The notes below the pieces were generated by a model. That model searched no databases, was not told the origin of the DNA, and was given only the letters and a program-made list of their open reading frames with translations. A stretch of 57,356 nt of DNA from assembly GCA_944363935.1 (NCBI GenBank), contig CALVVT010000090.1:1-57356 (forward strand), in the 5' to 3' direction. Below, piece after piece: positions 1 to 11,494 of this stretch. A program made the position numbers and the translations under genes. The stretch comes from an uncultured Bacilli bacterium (GTDB lineage: Bacteria > Bacillota_I > Bacilli_A > RF39 > UBA660). Every line of letters begins with the position of its first letter. The first letter of the stretch is position 1.

Positions 1-911
1 GTTTTCGGAACCGCAATATAATCCTTAAACCGATTAAGTTTAGGTTTAAATTTCGAAAGAATAATTCTTAAAGCTTGATAACAGTCTTGCTCGGTCTGAC
101 AAAAAACTCTTAAAGCTAGTAAATCAAATATTTCACTAAACCTTTTACCATTATCAAGTTTTTTATAAATACTATAAATACTTTTAGCTCTTCCTTTAAT
201 TTCATGTTTAATTCCATGATCGTTTAAAAGTTTAGAAACACTTTCAATCATTTTAGCTACACTAGCGTCTCTTTCTGTTTTGGTAGCATTTAATTTTTCA
301 ACAATACTATAGTATTCGTCTGGTTTTAAATATCTTAACGAATACTCCTCTAATTTAGTTTTTATCGTATTAATACCAAGGCGGTGAGCAATAGGCGTTA
401 AAATATCTAAAGTTTCTCTAGCTGTTTCCTTTTGTTTCTTTTCTGGTAAAACAAATAATGTTTGCATATTATGCAGCCGAAGTGCGAGCTTTATAATAAT
501 TACCCGAACATCTTCAGTTAAACCAACTAAAATTTTTCTTTGATTAACAATGGCCGCTTCACTATCGTCATTAAACGATAATTTATTAATTTTACTAACC
601 CCTTTTACTAAAAACATTACTTCCTTACCAAATAATTCGTCTAATTTTTCCGCATCATCGTCGTCTGTAATATCACAAAGTAAAGCGGCACTAAGTGTCG
701 CCGCATCTGCATTAATACTTGTTAAAATATAAGCTGACCCAAGGGGATGTGTTATCGCATCCTCCCCTGTCAACCGTTTTTGACCAGCTAGTTTCTTACT
801 CGCATAATCATAAGCTTTTTTTACTAATTCTATATCTTTTTCATTAGTAATATAAGTTTTAAATTTATTTTCCAAATCTTCATAACTTTCACATTTATGA
901 TATTTACTCAT
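1..911 (-). CDS. rel: RelA/SpoT-family (p)ppGpp synthetase/hydrolase, N-terminal part (3' end lies beyond window start)
   Basis: Open minus-strand frame from the window edge to ATG at 909-911. N-terminus MSKYHKCESYEDLENKF... has an HD-hydrolase region (THPLGSAYIL..AALLCDITDDD) followed by a synthetase-like region (RAKSIYSIYKKL). Not in the ORF track because it is truncated. Confidence 0.85.
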   Translation of the reverse strand, partial: MSKYHKCESYEDLENKFKTYITNEKDIELVKKAYDYASKKLAGQKRLTGEDAITHPLGSAYILTSINADAATLSAALLCDITDDDDAEKLDELFGKEVMFLVKGVSKINKLSFNDDSEAAIVNQRKILVGLTEDVRVIIIKLALRLHNMQTLFVLPEKKQKETARETLDILTPIAHRLGINTIKTKLEEYSLRYLKPDEYYSIVEKLNATKTERDASVAKMIESVSKLLNDHGIKHEIKGRAKSIYSIYKKLDNGKRFSEIFDLLALRVFCQTEQDCYQALRIILSKFKPKLNRFKDYIAVPK

Positions 912-928
912 ACTCTTCTTCCTTTCGT

Positions 929-3187
929 TTAAGAGTTTATTCCTTTAATCGTAAGTTCGTCTACTTCGTCTTTTATTTCATATTTTGGTTTTTTCTTTTC
1001 TTTATCAGGATTTCTTCGTTTAACAATTTCTAACCATATTTGACTAGCTACAAAGATTGAAGATAAAGTTCCAGTAACAATACCAAAAAGTAACGCTAGA
1101 TTAAAGTTAATAATATCATGAGCACCTAGGAAAATAAGAGCAACTATTGGAATTAATGTTGTAACATTAGTAATAATACTTCGGTTAAATACTTCTCTTA
1201 AACTTTCATTGACAATTTCTTTATAATCAGGATTTTTCTTTTTATTTTTATTAATGTTTTCTCTAATTCTATCAAAAGTAATTATAATGTCATTAACTGA
1301 ATAACCAATTATTGAAAGAATTGCCGCAATAAAGATTGAAGAAACTTCTAATTCAAATATACAGAATAAAGCCATCGTTACTATAACATTTAATAGTAAA
1401 GCCAGAATTGAACTAACTGCATAACTAAATTTAAATCTCAATGAAATATAAATAACAATAGCAAGAGAAGCTAAAATTAAGGAAACTATGGCATTTTTAA
1501 TAAGATTGTTTTTAACAACATCACTAATAACACCTATATCAGCCGTAGCTTCATAGTTATCACTAAAATAAGTTTTGATATCATTTTCTTCACTTTTATT
1601 TAAAGTATCACTTATTTTAATCGTATAAGCTCCCGCATTACCTACTTCAAAATCATAAACATCAAAGCCCATATCTTTAATATCTTTAGTAACTGCTTTT
1701 TCCTTTAACGATTCGTCAGTTTGAACAGTAATAGCTGTTCCACCTTTAAAATCAACACCTAAATTAAGGCCACGTACACCTAAACTTATAAAACCGCAAA
1801 TAGCAATAATAACAGCAATACTTAAGAATATTTTTCTTCGGCTAACAAAATCAACATTTTTATAGAAATATTTTGTTCTTTTTTCTTTTTTATTAACATT
1901 CGGAATGTCTTTCGGATTAACACCAATAAATAATTTAACTTTATCTTCAAATACTCCTGTTTCAACTATTTTTCTCGTAATCCATCTTGTAAAACCAACC
2001 ATGATTAATAAAGTTGAGAAAATAGTAATAATTAACATTGTTGCGAAACCTTTAACACTACTTTGACCAAAAATAAACAAGATAATTGCTACAATTAAAG
2101 TCGTTAAATTACCATCCATAATTGAAGATAGTGAATTTTTATTTCCAAGTTTTGTCGCAAGGGTTAAACTTTTACCTTCATATAATTCTTCTTTTATTCT
2201 AGAAAAACTAATAACGTTCGCATCAACAGCCATTCCAATACCAATAATAGCGGCCGCAATACCTGGAAGGGTTAAAGTACCACCAATAAGCCAGAAAATA
2301 AAGAATGTAAGCGCGGCATAAATAACAACGCCAAATGAAGCAATTAAACCAGCTACTCTATATAAGCCTATTAATAGTAAACAGATTAATGATACCCCAA
2401 CAATTCCAGCAGTAACAGTTTTATCTAATGAATTAGCGCCAAACGAAGCTTCAACACTTTCTGAAGAAACTTCCACTAATTTAGCTGGCATACTTCCAGA
2501 ATTAATTAAATCAACTAAATTTTGAACTTCTTCTTCTTCAAAATTACCCTCTATAATTACATCACTACTAAAGCCTTGTGAAACTGTTGCAACAGATAAA
2601 CAGCGAGAATCGTTTAATGAACCACAGTTAGCTTCTTCAGTTTTAAATGAATCTGTAGCTTTATTAAAATCAAGCCAAATAACTATTCGGTTATCTTCCA
2701 TTTCACTAACTTGTTTTGTCGCTTTATAAAAAGCATCACGATCTTTAACACTTAAAGCCACAACTGGCTTACCAGATTCGTCTTCACTTACTCTAGCTCC
2801 ACCACTTTGAAGAACATCACTAGTCATAAGTAAATTATCATTAGTATCTCTAAACGTTAAACTAGCAGTTTGACTTAAAACTTCTCTAGCCTCATCAGCA
2901 TTATCAATACCCGCAAGGCCTACCCTAATTTGTTTTCCTTCGATAGAAATATTAGGTTCTAAAACCCCTAAAACATCAATTCTTTTAGTAAGGGTATTGT
3001 AAGTTGCATTAACCATATCGTCGTCAACTTCTTCGTCTTCGTCAAGTGGTTCAATATTATATAAAACTTCAAACCCACCTTGAAGATCCATTCCCAGTTT
3101 CATTTCTTTTAATACAGGAAATAAGATAATTACGGCAACTGCAAAAACAGCTAACAATAATAAAATTTTACTCCATAATTTTTTCAT
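929..3187 (-). CDS. secDF: protein translocase subunit SecDF (fused)
   Basis: 752 aa with two 6-TM blocks separated by periplasmic-type domains, the typical SecD/SecF fusion layout. RBS AGGAG lies upstream of the ATG. Confidence 0.9.
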   Translation of the reverse strand: MKKLWSKILLLLAVFAVAVIILFPVLKEMKLGMDLQGGFEVLYNIEPLDEDEEVDDDMVNATYNTLTKRIDVLGVLEPNISIEGKQIRVGLAGIDNADEAREVLSQTASLTFRDTNDNLLMTSDVLQSGGARVSEDESGKPVVALSVKDRDAFYKATKQVSEMEDNRIVIWLDFNKATDSFKTEEANCGSLNDSRCLSVATVSQGFSSDVIIEGNFEEEEVQNLVDLINSGSMPAKLVEVSSESVEASFGANSLDKTVTAGIVGVSLICLLLIGLYRVAGLIASFGVVIYAALTFFIFWLIGGTLTLPGIAAAIIGIGMAVDANVISFSRIKEELYEGKSLTLATKLGNKNSLSSIMDGNLTTLIVAIILFIFGQSSVKGFATMLIITIFSTLLIMVGFTRWITRKIVETGVFEDKVKLFIGVNPKDIPNVNKKEKRTKYFYKNVDFVSRRKIFLSIAVIIAICGFISLGVRGLNLGVDFKGGTAITVQTDESLKEKAVTKDIKDMGFDVYDFEVGNAGAYTIKISDTLNKSEENDIKTYFSDNYEATADIGVISDVVKNNLIKNAIVSLILASLAIVIYISLRFKFSYAVSSILALLLNVIVTMALFCIFELEVSSIFIAAILSIIGYSVNDIIITFDRIRENINKNKKKNPDYKEIVNESLREVFNRSIITNVTTLIPIVALIFLGAHDIINFNLALLFGIVTGTLSSIFVASQIWLEIVKRRNPDKEKKKPKYEIKDEVDELTIKGINS

Positions 3188-3198
3188 ATTAACAACTC

Positions 3199-3471
3199 CT
3201 AACTTTCAAAATAAATTTTTCGATTTTTCCCCTTTAATTTATCTTTAAAATAATTGTCAATCAAAATGTTTTCTGTTAGTAAAATATCACTAACCATTTC
3301 ATTTAACGATAGATTAACGCTACCTTTCCATTTTACTTCTTTTAAATAATTCCAAACATCTTCAATTTCCAAATAACGGTAACCTTCCTTTTGTAATTCG
3401 AAAACTTTAGACCTTAAGGCCGGTTTTAGTCTATCAAACAGTTCTTCAGCACTATTAAATTCGATATCCAT
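3199..3471 (-). CDS. ComN/YrzD-like post-transcriptional regulator
   Basis: The pattern ALRSKVFELQKEGY..VWNYL....WKG...L.EMVSDIL resembles the Bacillus ComN family, and the gene sits next to secDF as in B. subtilis. Start moved to the second ATG (3471), which has a GGAGG 7 nt upstream. Confidence 0.6.
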   Translation of the reverse strand: MDIEFNSAEELFDRLKPALRSKVFELQKEGYRYLEIEDVWNYLKEVKWKGSVNLSLNEMVSDILLTENILIDNYFKDKLKGKNRKIYFES

Positions 3472-3545
3472 ATCTTCGCCTCCATTTTGCATACATATTA
3501 ATTATATATTATTTTTAAGGTTTTTTAAAGTAAAAATGAAAAAAA

Positions 3546-3561
3546 AGGTAAATATTTACCT
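3546..3561 (-). terminator. intrinsic terminator overlapping the stop codon of the 3556..4128 gene
   Basis: Palindrome AGGTAAATATTTACCT, followed on the minus strand by a T8 run. Confidence 0.6.
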
Positions 3562-4128
3562 CCTTAATAATTTTAAAGTATCATTTTTATTACCGTTTTT
3601 TCCAAGTTCTTCTTCTATTTGGGCTTTAAAATCTAAAAATTTAGGTTTAAAAATAGCTAATTTAGCTTCAGAGTAATATAGTTTTTTAGTTTGATGGTAA
3701 TCACTAATATCTAGTGGTTCTAAATCTTCTAAATGAGCAAAAACTGAAGAAATCTTATTTTCCGCTAAACTAACTTCATTTTCGGCATGATAAATATTAA
3801 CTTTGCCAGCTAATACATCATAAGTATCTACATATTGATATGGTAAAACAAAAACTTTAGAACTAGTAAAACTTTCATAAAACTCTTCGTCATATTCTAA
3901 AATTATTTTCGCATGTGGATTTTCTTTTGTTAAAGAATAACCATATATTTTTTTTAAATCATACCATTTAAGATAATCAGCAAAAGATTTTAATTTTTTT
4001 GCATAACCACCAATAAGATGTGGGGAAACTGCATAAAATCCTGGACGCAAAACTGGTAATTCCATATCCTCACTATATTGTCTAAAATCACCACCAACAA
4101 CTTTACGATTAAAACGATTATTTAACAT
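3556..4128 (-). CDS. hypothetical protein (190 aa)
   Basis: Long ORF with RBS AAGGGGG upstream. No motif recognised. Confidence 0.5.
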   Translation of the reverse strand: MLNNRFNRKVVGGDFRQYSEDMELPVLRPGFYAVSPHLIGGYAKKLKSFADYLKWYDLKKIYGYSLTKENPHAKIILEYDEEFYESFTSSKVFVLPYQYVDTYDVLAGKVNIYHAENEVSLAENKISSVFAHLEDLEPLDISDYHQTKKLYYSEAKLAIFKPKFLDFKAQIEEELGKNGNKNDTLKLLRR

Positions 4129-4231
4129 TATAATCCCCCTTTCTAGGGACCCATATTATATCAATTTTTAATTTAAAATACAAGTAACTAGATTGTTTTA
4201 GAAAAGAAAAAATCCATAAAATGGATATAAA

Positions 4232-4495
4232 TTACTTTTTATACTTTAATATATCATTAACATTACATTTTAAAACATAACAAAATCTCGCAATAACATC
4301 TAAATCTACTCTAGTTACTTTATTATTATAATAACGATTAACTAAATCATAGTTCATAGCTACCATTTTACTTAATTTACTTCTACTTATCCCCTTTTTA
4401 TCAATGATGCTTTTTAAATTAATATCTATTTTACCATAATCTATTAATGTATAAACCAATTCTTCCACAATAATCACCTGCTCTACATTAATCAT
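4232..4495 (-). CDS. XRE/Cro-C1 family helix-turn-helix transcriptional regulator
   Basis: KGISRSKLSKMV....LVNRYYNNKVTRVDLDVIARFCYVLKCNVNDIL is a typical short HTH_XRE protein. The true start may be an internal GTG near 4468. Divergent from the secreted-protein gene at 4791. Confidence 0.75.
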   Translation of the reverse strand: MINVEQVIIVEELVYTLIDYGKIDINLKSIIDKKGISRSKLSKMVAMNYDLVNRYYNNKVTRVDLDVIARFCYVLKCNVNDILKYKK

Positions 4496-4681
4496 ATATT
4501 ATTATTTATAATTTTATCAGTCCATAATTATATGTAATGATTAATAATTAATGATTTAAAACTACCTATAAGAACATAATAGTCTGTAAACAAAGTTATT
4601 GTTATAATTAATTATAAGATAGGAAGTGATAAACAAAATAGTAAAGAAAATGTACATTCTTATAATTATTAAAAATAATTA

Positions 4682-4710
4682 TTGACTGTGCCGAATATAT
4701 TGGATAAAAT
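4682..4710 (+). promoter_or_regulatory. sigma-A-like promoter for the 4791 gene
   Basis: TTGACT, 17-nt spacer, TAAAAT, about 80 nt upstream of the ATG. Confidence 0.45.
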
Positions 4711-4790
4711 TATTTTAGAATAATAAATGTAAAAAAGTTAATAATAGTACTAAATACATTTATTATTTTAGATGGGAAGGAAGATAAAAT

Positions 4791-6179
4791 ATGATTCAAA
4801 AATGGCGAGAATTAAGTTCTCGAAAACAAAAAAATATTGTTCTAGGAAGTCTAGGAGCAATAATATTACTTATGGCAATTGGATATGCCGCCTTTAGTAC
4901 CCAGTTAAATATTAACGGAACAAGTAATATTAGTAGTAACTGGGATATTAGAATAACAAATATCGAAAGTAGTTTACATGGAGGAGCTACTAATGCAGTA
5001 GAACCAACCTATGATAATGATAATGGATTAACAGCAACATTCTCAACAAATTTAGTAAGTCCTGGGGATTATGCTGAATATACAGTAACAGTCAGAAATA
5101 ATGGAGATATAGATGCTACTTTAACAAATATAGAGATAACAGATTCAAATAATCCGGCAATAGTGTTTGAAACAAATGGTCTTGAAGAAGGAGATAATTT
5201 ATTAAAACAAACTGAAGACGAATTAATAGTAAAAGTAAGTTATAATAGTAGTATAACAAGTCAGCCATCAAATACAACAAGTGATATAACAGTAACACTT
5301 AATTACGAACAAGCTACTGGTGGTTCTGTTACTCCAGAGCCTGAAACAGCAGCAGACCAATTAATCGTCAAAGTAACAACAAGTGGAGATGGTTTATATG
5401 CCGATGCCTATGAAGAAGGAAGATACGTATATAAAGGAGCTAATCCAAATAACTATATAACTTTCAGTGGCGAGACATGGAGAATTATTTCTGTAGAGAC
5501 TGATAACACCATAAAGATAATGCGAAGTGAAAGTATTGGTAGTAGAGCATTTGATAGCCAAGATTTAAGAGATTCTGGAAGTAATGGAGCTGGAGGAACT
5601 TACTGTGCAAATGGCGATTATGGATGTAATGCTTGGGCTATAAACGATAATTTTAATAATGGAGTAATAAGTGGTACCGTATTAAAAGATGCCGAATTAA
5701 ATACCTATTTAAACGGCGAATATTTAGAAGGATTATCTGATGCTGATAAAATAGTAGCCCATAATTTTGGCGTAGGCGCAGTAAAAGGAAGTAGCGATAA
5801 TGTTGATTTAGCAACTCAAATAACGTCAGAAAACGGAACAGTTTGGAACGGTAAAGTAGGATTAATCACAGTAAGCGAATATTTAAGGGCTAATACTAAT
5901 ATTGCCCAGTGTGAAACATTAAGTTTGTATAATTCTAATTATTCTACTTGTAAAAATACCAATTGGATGTATGCAAGTGATATAGCTTATTGGTGGACCA
6001 TGTCGCCGCTTTCTAGCAGCTCCTCGTACATTGTGTGGTGTGTGGCCAGTAGCGGCAGCATCAACACCAGCAACGCTTACTACTCGTACGGCGTCCGCCC
6101 ATCCCTTTATCTAACCTCTAACATCACTTTACAGGGTGAAGGAACAAGTAGTAATCCATATGTAATTGAAAATGCTTAA
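4791..6179 (+). CDS. secreted two-domain protein: signal-anchor + TasA/camelysin-like beta-sandwich + C-terminal DUF6273-like domain
   Basis: N-terminus LLMAIGYAAFSTQ resembles the SipW-type signal of TasA (GGGTWAAFND). NLVSPGDYAEYTVTVRNNGDIDA resembles the TasA NLKPGD...NNGSLA motif. The C-terminus (WWTMSP...YGVRPSLYL) resembles DUF6273. Good RBS. Confidence 0.6.
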   Translation: MIQKWRELSSRKQKNIVLGSLGAIILLMAIGYAAFSTQLNINGTSNISSNWDIRITNIESSLHGGATNAVEPTYDNDNGLTATFSTNLVSPGDYAEYTVTVRNNGDIDATLTNIEITDSNNPAIVFETNGLEEGDNLLKQTEDELIVKVSYNSSITSQPSNTTSDITVTLNYEQATGGSVTPEPETAADQLIVKVTTSGDGLYADAYEEGRYVYKGANPNNYITFSGETWRIISVETDNTIKIMRSESIGSRAFDSQDLRDSGSNGAGGTYCANGDYGCNAWAINDNFNNGVISGTVLKDAELNTYLNGEYLEGLSDADKIVAHNFGVGAVKGSSDNVDLATQITSENGTVWNGKVGLITVSEYLRANTNIAQCETLSLYNSNYSTCKNTNWMYASDIAYWWTMSPLSSSSSYIVWCVASSGSINTSNAYYSYGVRPSLYLTSNITLQGEGTSSNPYVIENA

Positions 6180-6248
6180 ATATTAATTAAAATATAAATA
6201 ACAGGGTAAAACTTGTTATTTTTTTTATTTATTTAAATAAAATATAGT

Positions 6249-7544
6249 ATGAAAAAGACAAGCTTTATAAAATCAGTTATATTACTTATATTTGGTGGCT
6301 TTATATCTAAACTTGCTAGTATGATTAAAAAAATAGTCATGGCTAGATTTTTAGGAAGCGAAGGAATGGGTATTTTTGCCCTTTCTTCCCCGGCTTTTAT
6401 TTTGTTTATGGCCCTAGCCCAGTTAGGTCTACCAGTTGCTATTAGTAAATTAGTAGCTGAAGAAAATAAAAATAATAAAAACCTTGTTTTAGGAATTATT
6501 CCTATTTCTTTACTGTTTAATCTTACATTAATGGCTTTAATTATTCTTCTAGCGCCATTTTTATCAACATTTTTATTAAATGAAAAAAGGTGTTATTACA
6601 GTCTTATAGCTATTGCTTTAGTTTTACCTTTTATCAGCATTTCAAGTATTTTAAGAGGTTATTTTTTTGGTAAGCAACAAATGTTTCCTCACGTTTTATC
6701 TTGCGTAATTGAAGACGTAATAAGACTTACTATTTTAATAATTGGCCTTCCTTTAATTTTACCAAAAGGACTTGAATATGCCGTTGCTTATACTTTTTTA
6801 GTCAATATGTTTAGTGAACTTACCTCAATTTTTATCTTATTTTTCTTTTTACCTAAAAACTTTAAAATTACTAAAAAAGATTTTAAACCAAATAAACAAA
6901 ATATTAAAGATGTATTTTCTATTGGTGTTCCAACAACTATGAGTAGACTTATTGGTTCTTTTGGAGCCTTTCTCGAACCAATTATTTTAACCTTTGTCCT
7001 TTTAAATTGTGGTTATAATAATAAATTTATCGTTAATGAATATGGTGTATTAAACGGCTTTATTATGCCGTTAATATTACTGCCTTCGTTTTTCACTATG
7101 GCTATTAGTCAAGCTTTAATTCCCGGTATTAGTAATGCCTATAGTAAAGGCCATAAAAAGTTTGTCAAAAAAAGACTAAAACTCGCCATTTTCTTATCAT
7201 TATTAGTTGGTTTTCCAGCCACTTTAATTTTTATTTTTGAGCCCGAGTTACCACTATCTTTTATTTATGGAACAACAGATGGAATCGAATATATAAAAGT
7301 CCTAGCGCCTTTATTTATCTTTCATTACATTCAAAACCCTTTAAATGCAGCCTTACAAGCTATGGGAAAAGCTAAAGATGCTATGAATGGAACTTTACAA
7401 GGAACAATCATTAGAATACTCGCTATTTTTAGCCTTTCTTATCTTCATATTGGCCTTTGGGGATTAGTGTTTGCTAGTAGTCTTAATGTTATTTATGTAA
7501 CTATCCATCAGTACTTAAAAATTAACAAATATTTAAAAAATTGA
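6249..7544 (+). CDS. MOP-superfamily flippase (SpoVB/MurJ-like polysaccharide biosynthesis protein)
   Basis: 431 aa, polytopic. N-terminus GGFISKLASMIKKIVMARFLGSEGMGIFAL is typical of the SpoVB/putative lipid II flippase family. Confidence 0.7.
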   Translation: MKKTSFIKSVILLIFGGFISKLASMIKKIVMARFLGSEGMGIFALSSPAFILFMALAQLGLPVAISKLVAEENKNNKNLVLGIIPISLLFNLTLMALIILLAPFLSTFLLNEKRCYYSLIAIALVLPFISISSILRGYFFGKQQMFPHVLSCVIEDVIRLTILIIGLPLILPKGLEYAVAYTFLVNMFSELTSIFILFFFLPKNFKITKKDFKPNKQNIKDVFSIGVPTTMSRLIGSFGAFLEPIILTFVLLNCGYNNKFIVNEYGVLNGFIMPLILLPSFFTMAISQALIPGISNAYSKGHKKFVKKRLKLAIFLSLLVGFPATLIFIFEPELPLSFIYGTTDGIEYIKVLAPLFIFHYIQNPLNAALQAMGKAKDAMNGTLQGTIIRILAIFSLSYLHIGLWGLVFASSLNVIYVTIHQYLKINKYLKN

Positions 7545-7595
7545 CAAAATTAAAATTATAAGTATAATAATAGCGTAATTGAAAGGGAGGATACA

Positions 7596-7862
7596 ATGAA
7601 AAAAATTAATGAATCTGATATTTTAGCTGATGTTTTAGCAAGTGAATATGATAAACAAGAATTACTTGATTTAAATGCATATATAATGAATAATCCATTA
7701 CCAAGTAACTCATATTGTGGTCAACATAGAAAAATGGTTCACGATGCTATCAGTAAAGCTATTGACGAAAAAATGAATGAAGAAGCTAAAACGCATGGTG
7801 AATTTGCAACACAAAGAACTAGCTATACAATGAGTTTTAAAAGCGCAACTAGAAGTCGTTAA
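7596..7862 (+). CDS. hypothetical small protein (88 aa)
   Basis: Strong RBS GGGAGG and a terminator downstream. No motif recognised. Confidence 0.5.
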   Translation: MKKINESDILADVLASEYDKQELLDLNAYIMNNPLPSNSYCGQHRKMVHDAISKAIDEKMNEEAKTHGEFATQRTSYTMSFKSATRSR

Positions 7863-7890
7863 AAAAGTTAGAAATCAAAATCTAACTTTT
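7863..7890. terminator. bidirectional terminator between convergent genes
   Basis: AAAAGTTAGA-aatcaaaa-TCTAACTTTT hairpin flanked by A and T runs. Confidence 0.65.
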
Positions 7891-8429
7891 TATTTTTGAA
7901 CAAAATTAACATATATAGTTGCTTTTTTTTCAATATTATGTGGATCCTGTTTAAAATCAGGATTAAATAAAGCAGTAACTTTTAATATTTTACTTTCCCC
8001 AGCTAATAAAGTTTCTCCAATCGTTAAATTACTAGTTTGGAATATAATCGCGTCATCCTCCTTATTAGTTGGAACAATATAAATACTATCAACTTTAGCA
8101 TCTATTTTTCCAGCATTAGTAACAGTAAAATCATAAGTTATACTATCACCAATACTAGTTAAATGCACGGCAAATGAAGCTGAAATAGCATCATAACTAA
8201 CAGGTTCAATACTTTTAGCAAAACCTCTTACCTCACTTTGAATAGCTTTAGTAAACTTAATATCCCAGTCTAAAGAACTTGTCTTAACAGGAAATAAATT
8301 TTTAGCAAGTGGCTGGGCAAATGTAACAATAAGTGCAGAAAAACATAATACTAATAAAACTAATAAGAATACTGTTTTATTTTTTATTTTACCAGTTTTA
8401 ATAAAACCTTCTTTATTTTCTTTTTGCAT
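7890..8429 (-). CDS. secreted/membrane-anchored TasA-like single-domain paralog of the 4791 protein
   Basis: After an N-terminal TM helix, SSLDWDIKFT...LTSIGDSITYDFTVTNAGKIDAKVDSIYI...IIFQTSNL aligns by eye with SSNWDIRITN...LVSPGDYAEYTVTVRNNGDIDATLTNIEI...IVFETNGL of 4791..6179. Confidence 0.6.
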   Translation of the reverse strand: MQKENKEGFIKTGKIKNKTVFLLVLLVLCFSALIVTFAQPLAKNLFPVKTSSLDWDIKFTKAIQSEVRGFAKSIEPVSYDAISASFAVHLTSIGDSITYDFTVTNAGKIDAKVDSIYIVPTNKEDDAIIFQTSNLTIGETLLAGESKILKVTALFNPDFKQDPHNIEKKATIYVNFVQK

Positions 8430-8534
8430 AACAATCTTCCTTTACTATCTTCAAAAATAGTATAACATATTATTTTAGGAAGCGCAAGTGTACTAAATTA
8501 AGAAAAAAATAATATATTTAAATAGGAGGCCTAT

Positions 8535-10024
<1,490 letters not shown>

Positions 10025-10037
10025 TTATATATGAAAT

Positions 10038-10655
10038 TTAGTTTTTTTTCAATGCTTCAAAAAAAGCTTTAAATAACTTATAAGTATTTATATCGTCTAA
10101 ACTTTCTGGATGCCACTGCACTCCTATAAAGAATTTTTTCTGGTTACTACTAACAGCTTCAAGAACATTACTATAAGCTTCTTTCGTTAAATCTGTTTGC
10201 GTAATTACACTATTATGTCTAGAATTAACTAAAATTTTAGGCTTTTTAATTATTTGATATAATTTTCCTTTTTTATTTAAATAAACAAAATGAACGTATT
10301 TTTTAGCGCTATTATGATTTTTTACATCTTTCATTTTCCCATTAAATAAGTGCCCCATCATTTGCATTCCAAGACAAATACCTAGGCATGGTATATCTTT
10401 ATCATAAATATATTTAACTACTTTTAAATCAAAAGAATCAAAATCATCCCCACCTTCTAGTATAATCCCATCAAAATTACTTATTATTTGTTTTAGTTTT
10501 AAATAATCTAATTTATTATTAACTACTGGCGGTGTAAAGCCTAAAGGAATAATACCATTTTTTAATAAATAATCATTTAATTTTTGATATAATATAAAAC
10601 CATTATTCCCTTTTTCAGTTACTATTTTACTCATTAAAATTCCCACTTTTTTCAT
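10038..10655 (-). CDS. class I glutamine amidotransferase / gamma-glutamyl hydrolase (peptidase C26) family
   Basis: Nucleophile motif GICLGMQ and QWHPE near the C-terminus. Confidence 0.8.
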   Translation of the reverse strand: MKKVGILMSKIVTEKGNNGFILYQKLNDYLLKNGIIPLGFTPPVVNNKLDYLKLKQIISNFDGIILEGGDDFDSFDLKVVKYIYDKDIPCLGICLGMQMMGHLFNGKMKDVKNHNSAKKYVHFVYLNKKGKLYQIIKKPKILVNSRHNSVITQTDLTKEAYSNVLEAVSSNQKKFFIGVQWHPESLDDINTYKLFKAFFEALKKN

Positions 10656-10689
10656 ATTTTATTATATGAGGCTAAAGAAAAAAGCCTTC

Positions 10690-11424
10690 TTATAAAGGCC
10701 TAGAATGTTTTTTTACTTTTTGATAATTTTGACAACTAATAATAATAAAATCTTCTATAGCATCTTCTTCTAATCTTTGATAACCTTCTTCGATAAAAGG
10801 ATATTTATCAATAGGTTTCTTGGTTAAATCTCTAATTTTTTCACATTTACTTGGATAACCATTACTACATTCCCAGCAAGCTTGCGAACAACTTTTAGCT
10901 AAAACTTTAGCTAAAAAATTATTTACAGTATTACTAGCTAAATCATAGAAACCATTATCAACTACTTGTTTAGGAAAACCTTCTTCTAAATATTCAAAAA
11001 ACGGGTCATAAGTATGTTTTGCCAGTGATTGTTCTGTTAACTCTAACAATAAATGTTTATCAATAGTTCTAAATCTTTCATATAAATAATTTCTAACAAA
11101 ATCATTAACAAAGAAGTTAATAACATCTGAAAAAATTTTATCAAGTTCACTTTTTATTTTACTAAAAGCCCGGTAACGATGACCCTTATTTTTTAAATTA
11201 ACAATGTCAATGGTATTTTCTAAAATAGTTTGTTTATCGCTTTCTTTTTCAGTGGCTTTTAAACTATCAAATATCATCTTTTTTTCGTCAAGATTTAAAG
11301 AATCAAATAAAAATTTAAATTGTTCTTTTAATTTCGCTACACTATCAATTATTTCGTCATGATTAGTTTCCTTTTTAATAAAAGCTTCAGTTTGCCCATT
11401 TCTTTTTAATAAATAAGTATCCAT
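10690..11424 (-). CDS. hypothetical protein with C-terminal Cys cluster
   Basis: 244 aa with RBS GGAAGGAA. C-terminus CSQACWECSNGYPSKCEKI....C. No family recognised. Confidence 0.5.
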   Translation of the reverse strand: MDTYLLKRNGQTEAFIKKETNHDEIIDSVAKLKEQFKFLFDSLNLDEKKMIFDSLKATEKESDKQTILENTIDIVNLKNKGHRYRAFSKIKSELDKIFSDVINFFVNDFVRNYLYERFRTIDKHLLLELTEQSLAKHTYDPFFEYLEEGFPKQVVDNGFYDLASNTVNNFLAKVLAKSCSQACWECSNGYPSKCEKIRDLTKKPIDKYPFIEEGYQRLEEDAIEDFIIISCQNYQKVKKHSRPL

Positions 11425-11494
11425 CTAATTTTCCTTCCTTTCACATCATTCATACTTCGTTAAGCATCTTTTCAAAGAAAAAGAGCTAAATGCT

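Noticed and set aside
550-732. Antisense or embedded short ORFs listed in the track (550..732, 5116..5298, 9126..9326, 15385..15738, 18786..18971, 20630..20845, 21493..21690, 24716..24925, 33074..33304, 33232..33426, 34999..35262, 39452..39766, 40535..40720, 41325..41525, 45764..46003, 51969..52214, 55366..55671)
   Set aside because: Each lies within or opposite a long, motif-supported gene. They have low-complexity composition typical of AT-rich antisense frames and lack an RBS.
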